Shown here in pieces: positions 63,534 to 64,000 of a stretch of 64,000 nucleotides of DNA. Every line of letters begins with the position of its first letter. The first letter of the stretch is position 1. The notes under the pieces were generated by a model. It saw only the letters and a list, made by a program, of their open reading frames with translations. It was not told the origin of the DNA and made no database searches. Origin of the DNA: Eubacteriales bacterium (GTDB taxonomy: Bacteria > Bacillota > Clostridia > Oscillospirales > CAG-272); assembly GCA_045632405.1 (NCBI GenBank), contig JAZQWO010000029.1, positions 17,614 through 81,613 on the forward strand, in the 5' to 3' direction. The position numbers and the translations under genes are program-made.

Positions 63534-64000
63534 ATGAAAAAGAAAATCGCTATTTTGCTTTCTCTCATTCTGCTTATAGTGGGCGCAGTGGTCACAGCCA
63601 CCATTGCTTTGGCAGAGGATGCAGAAGCACAAACTATTACTATTTCGTATATGAAGGAGTCAAACACTACAAGTGATACAACAAATCTTGACAAAGTGGC
63701 ATATACGGACGGAAAACAAGTGGTAGGAGTAGGTGAAAGCTTTAACCTTCCTACAACAGCGGACGATTCATATTTTGGCAAAGAGGGCTTCCAGCTTGTA
63801 TGGTACACCGAGGACGGCCGTACATACAAAGCAGGTGAAACTGTTTCCTTTACAAAGGATACTAAGCTCTTCAGATGTGTAGCCAAGGAATGCTATACAA
63901 TGACAGATGTCAACTATGCTATGGACAACGATTCTACTGCTGCAATTTTGATGGCTGATATTTCAACTAACAGCAGTATTACTGTAAGAAACCAGGGACA
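63534..64000 (+). CDS. Secreted protein, N-terminal fragment (runs off the window end)
   Basis: ATG follows AAGGAGA. Signal peptide MKKKIAILLSLILLIVGAVVTATIALA. The frame is open to position 64000. GFQLVWYTEDGRTYKAGETVSF resembles a Listeria-Bacteroides repeat. Confidence 0.65.
   Translation, partial: MKKKIAILLSLILLIVGAVVTATIALAEDAEAQTITISYMKESNTTSDTTNLDKVAYTDGKQVVGVGESFNLPTTADDSYFGKEGFQLVWYTEDGRTYKAGETVSFTKDTKLFRCVAKECYTMTDVNYAMDNDSTAAILMADISTNSSITVRNQG

Overview
The window looks like a chromosomal segment from a spore-forming Firmicute of the Clostridia type (SpoIVA, a YtvI-like protein, a T-box leader, HisZ). All calls come from reading the sequence and recognising motifs; no searches were run.

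Coordinates 1-25.4 kb are core genome. They hold the ftsZ 3' end, the str operon (rpsL-rpsG-fusA-tuf), spoIVA, a cyclophilin, trpS behind a Trp T-box, and a complete, tightly overlapped histidine operon (hisZGDCBHAF-IE plus a PHP histidinol phosphatase). A YerC/TrpR-like gene precedes the his operon.

Coordinates 25.4-64 kb are accessory and envelope-oriented. They hold two AT-rich BspA-type LRR surface proteins, other large secreted or lipoproteins that share modules, three XRE regulators (two membrane-tethered), and a GT8-acyltransferase fusion. They also hold tRNA-Met and tRNA-Glu, a PAP2 phosphatase, a serine hydrolase, a DagK-like kinase, a two-component system and a MoxR-DUF58-vWA-vWA-lipoprotein operon.

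The most unusual feature is a structured non-coding element directly after tRNA-Glu. It consists of seven short hairpins separated by conserved 8-nt linkers, and the left linkers are the exact reverse complement of the right linkers. The element occurs twice, at 31.4 kb and 34.7 kb, and the two copies differ by compensatory stem changes. One copy is followed by an orphan four-helix-bundle (Avd / 23S-IVS-protein-like) gene. Together the copies bracket an LRR gene cassette. No recombinase, reverse transcriptase or cas gene is present in the window.

GC-rich REP/BIME-like palindromic units flank the other LRR gene.
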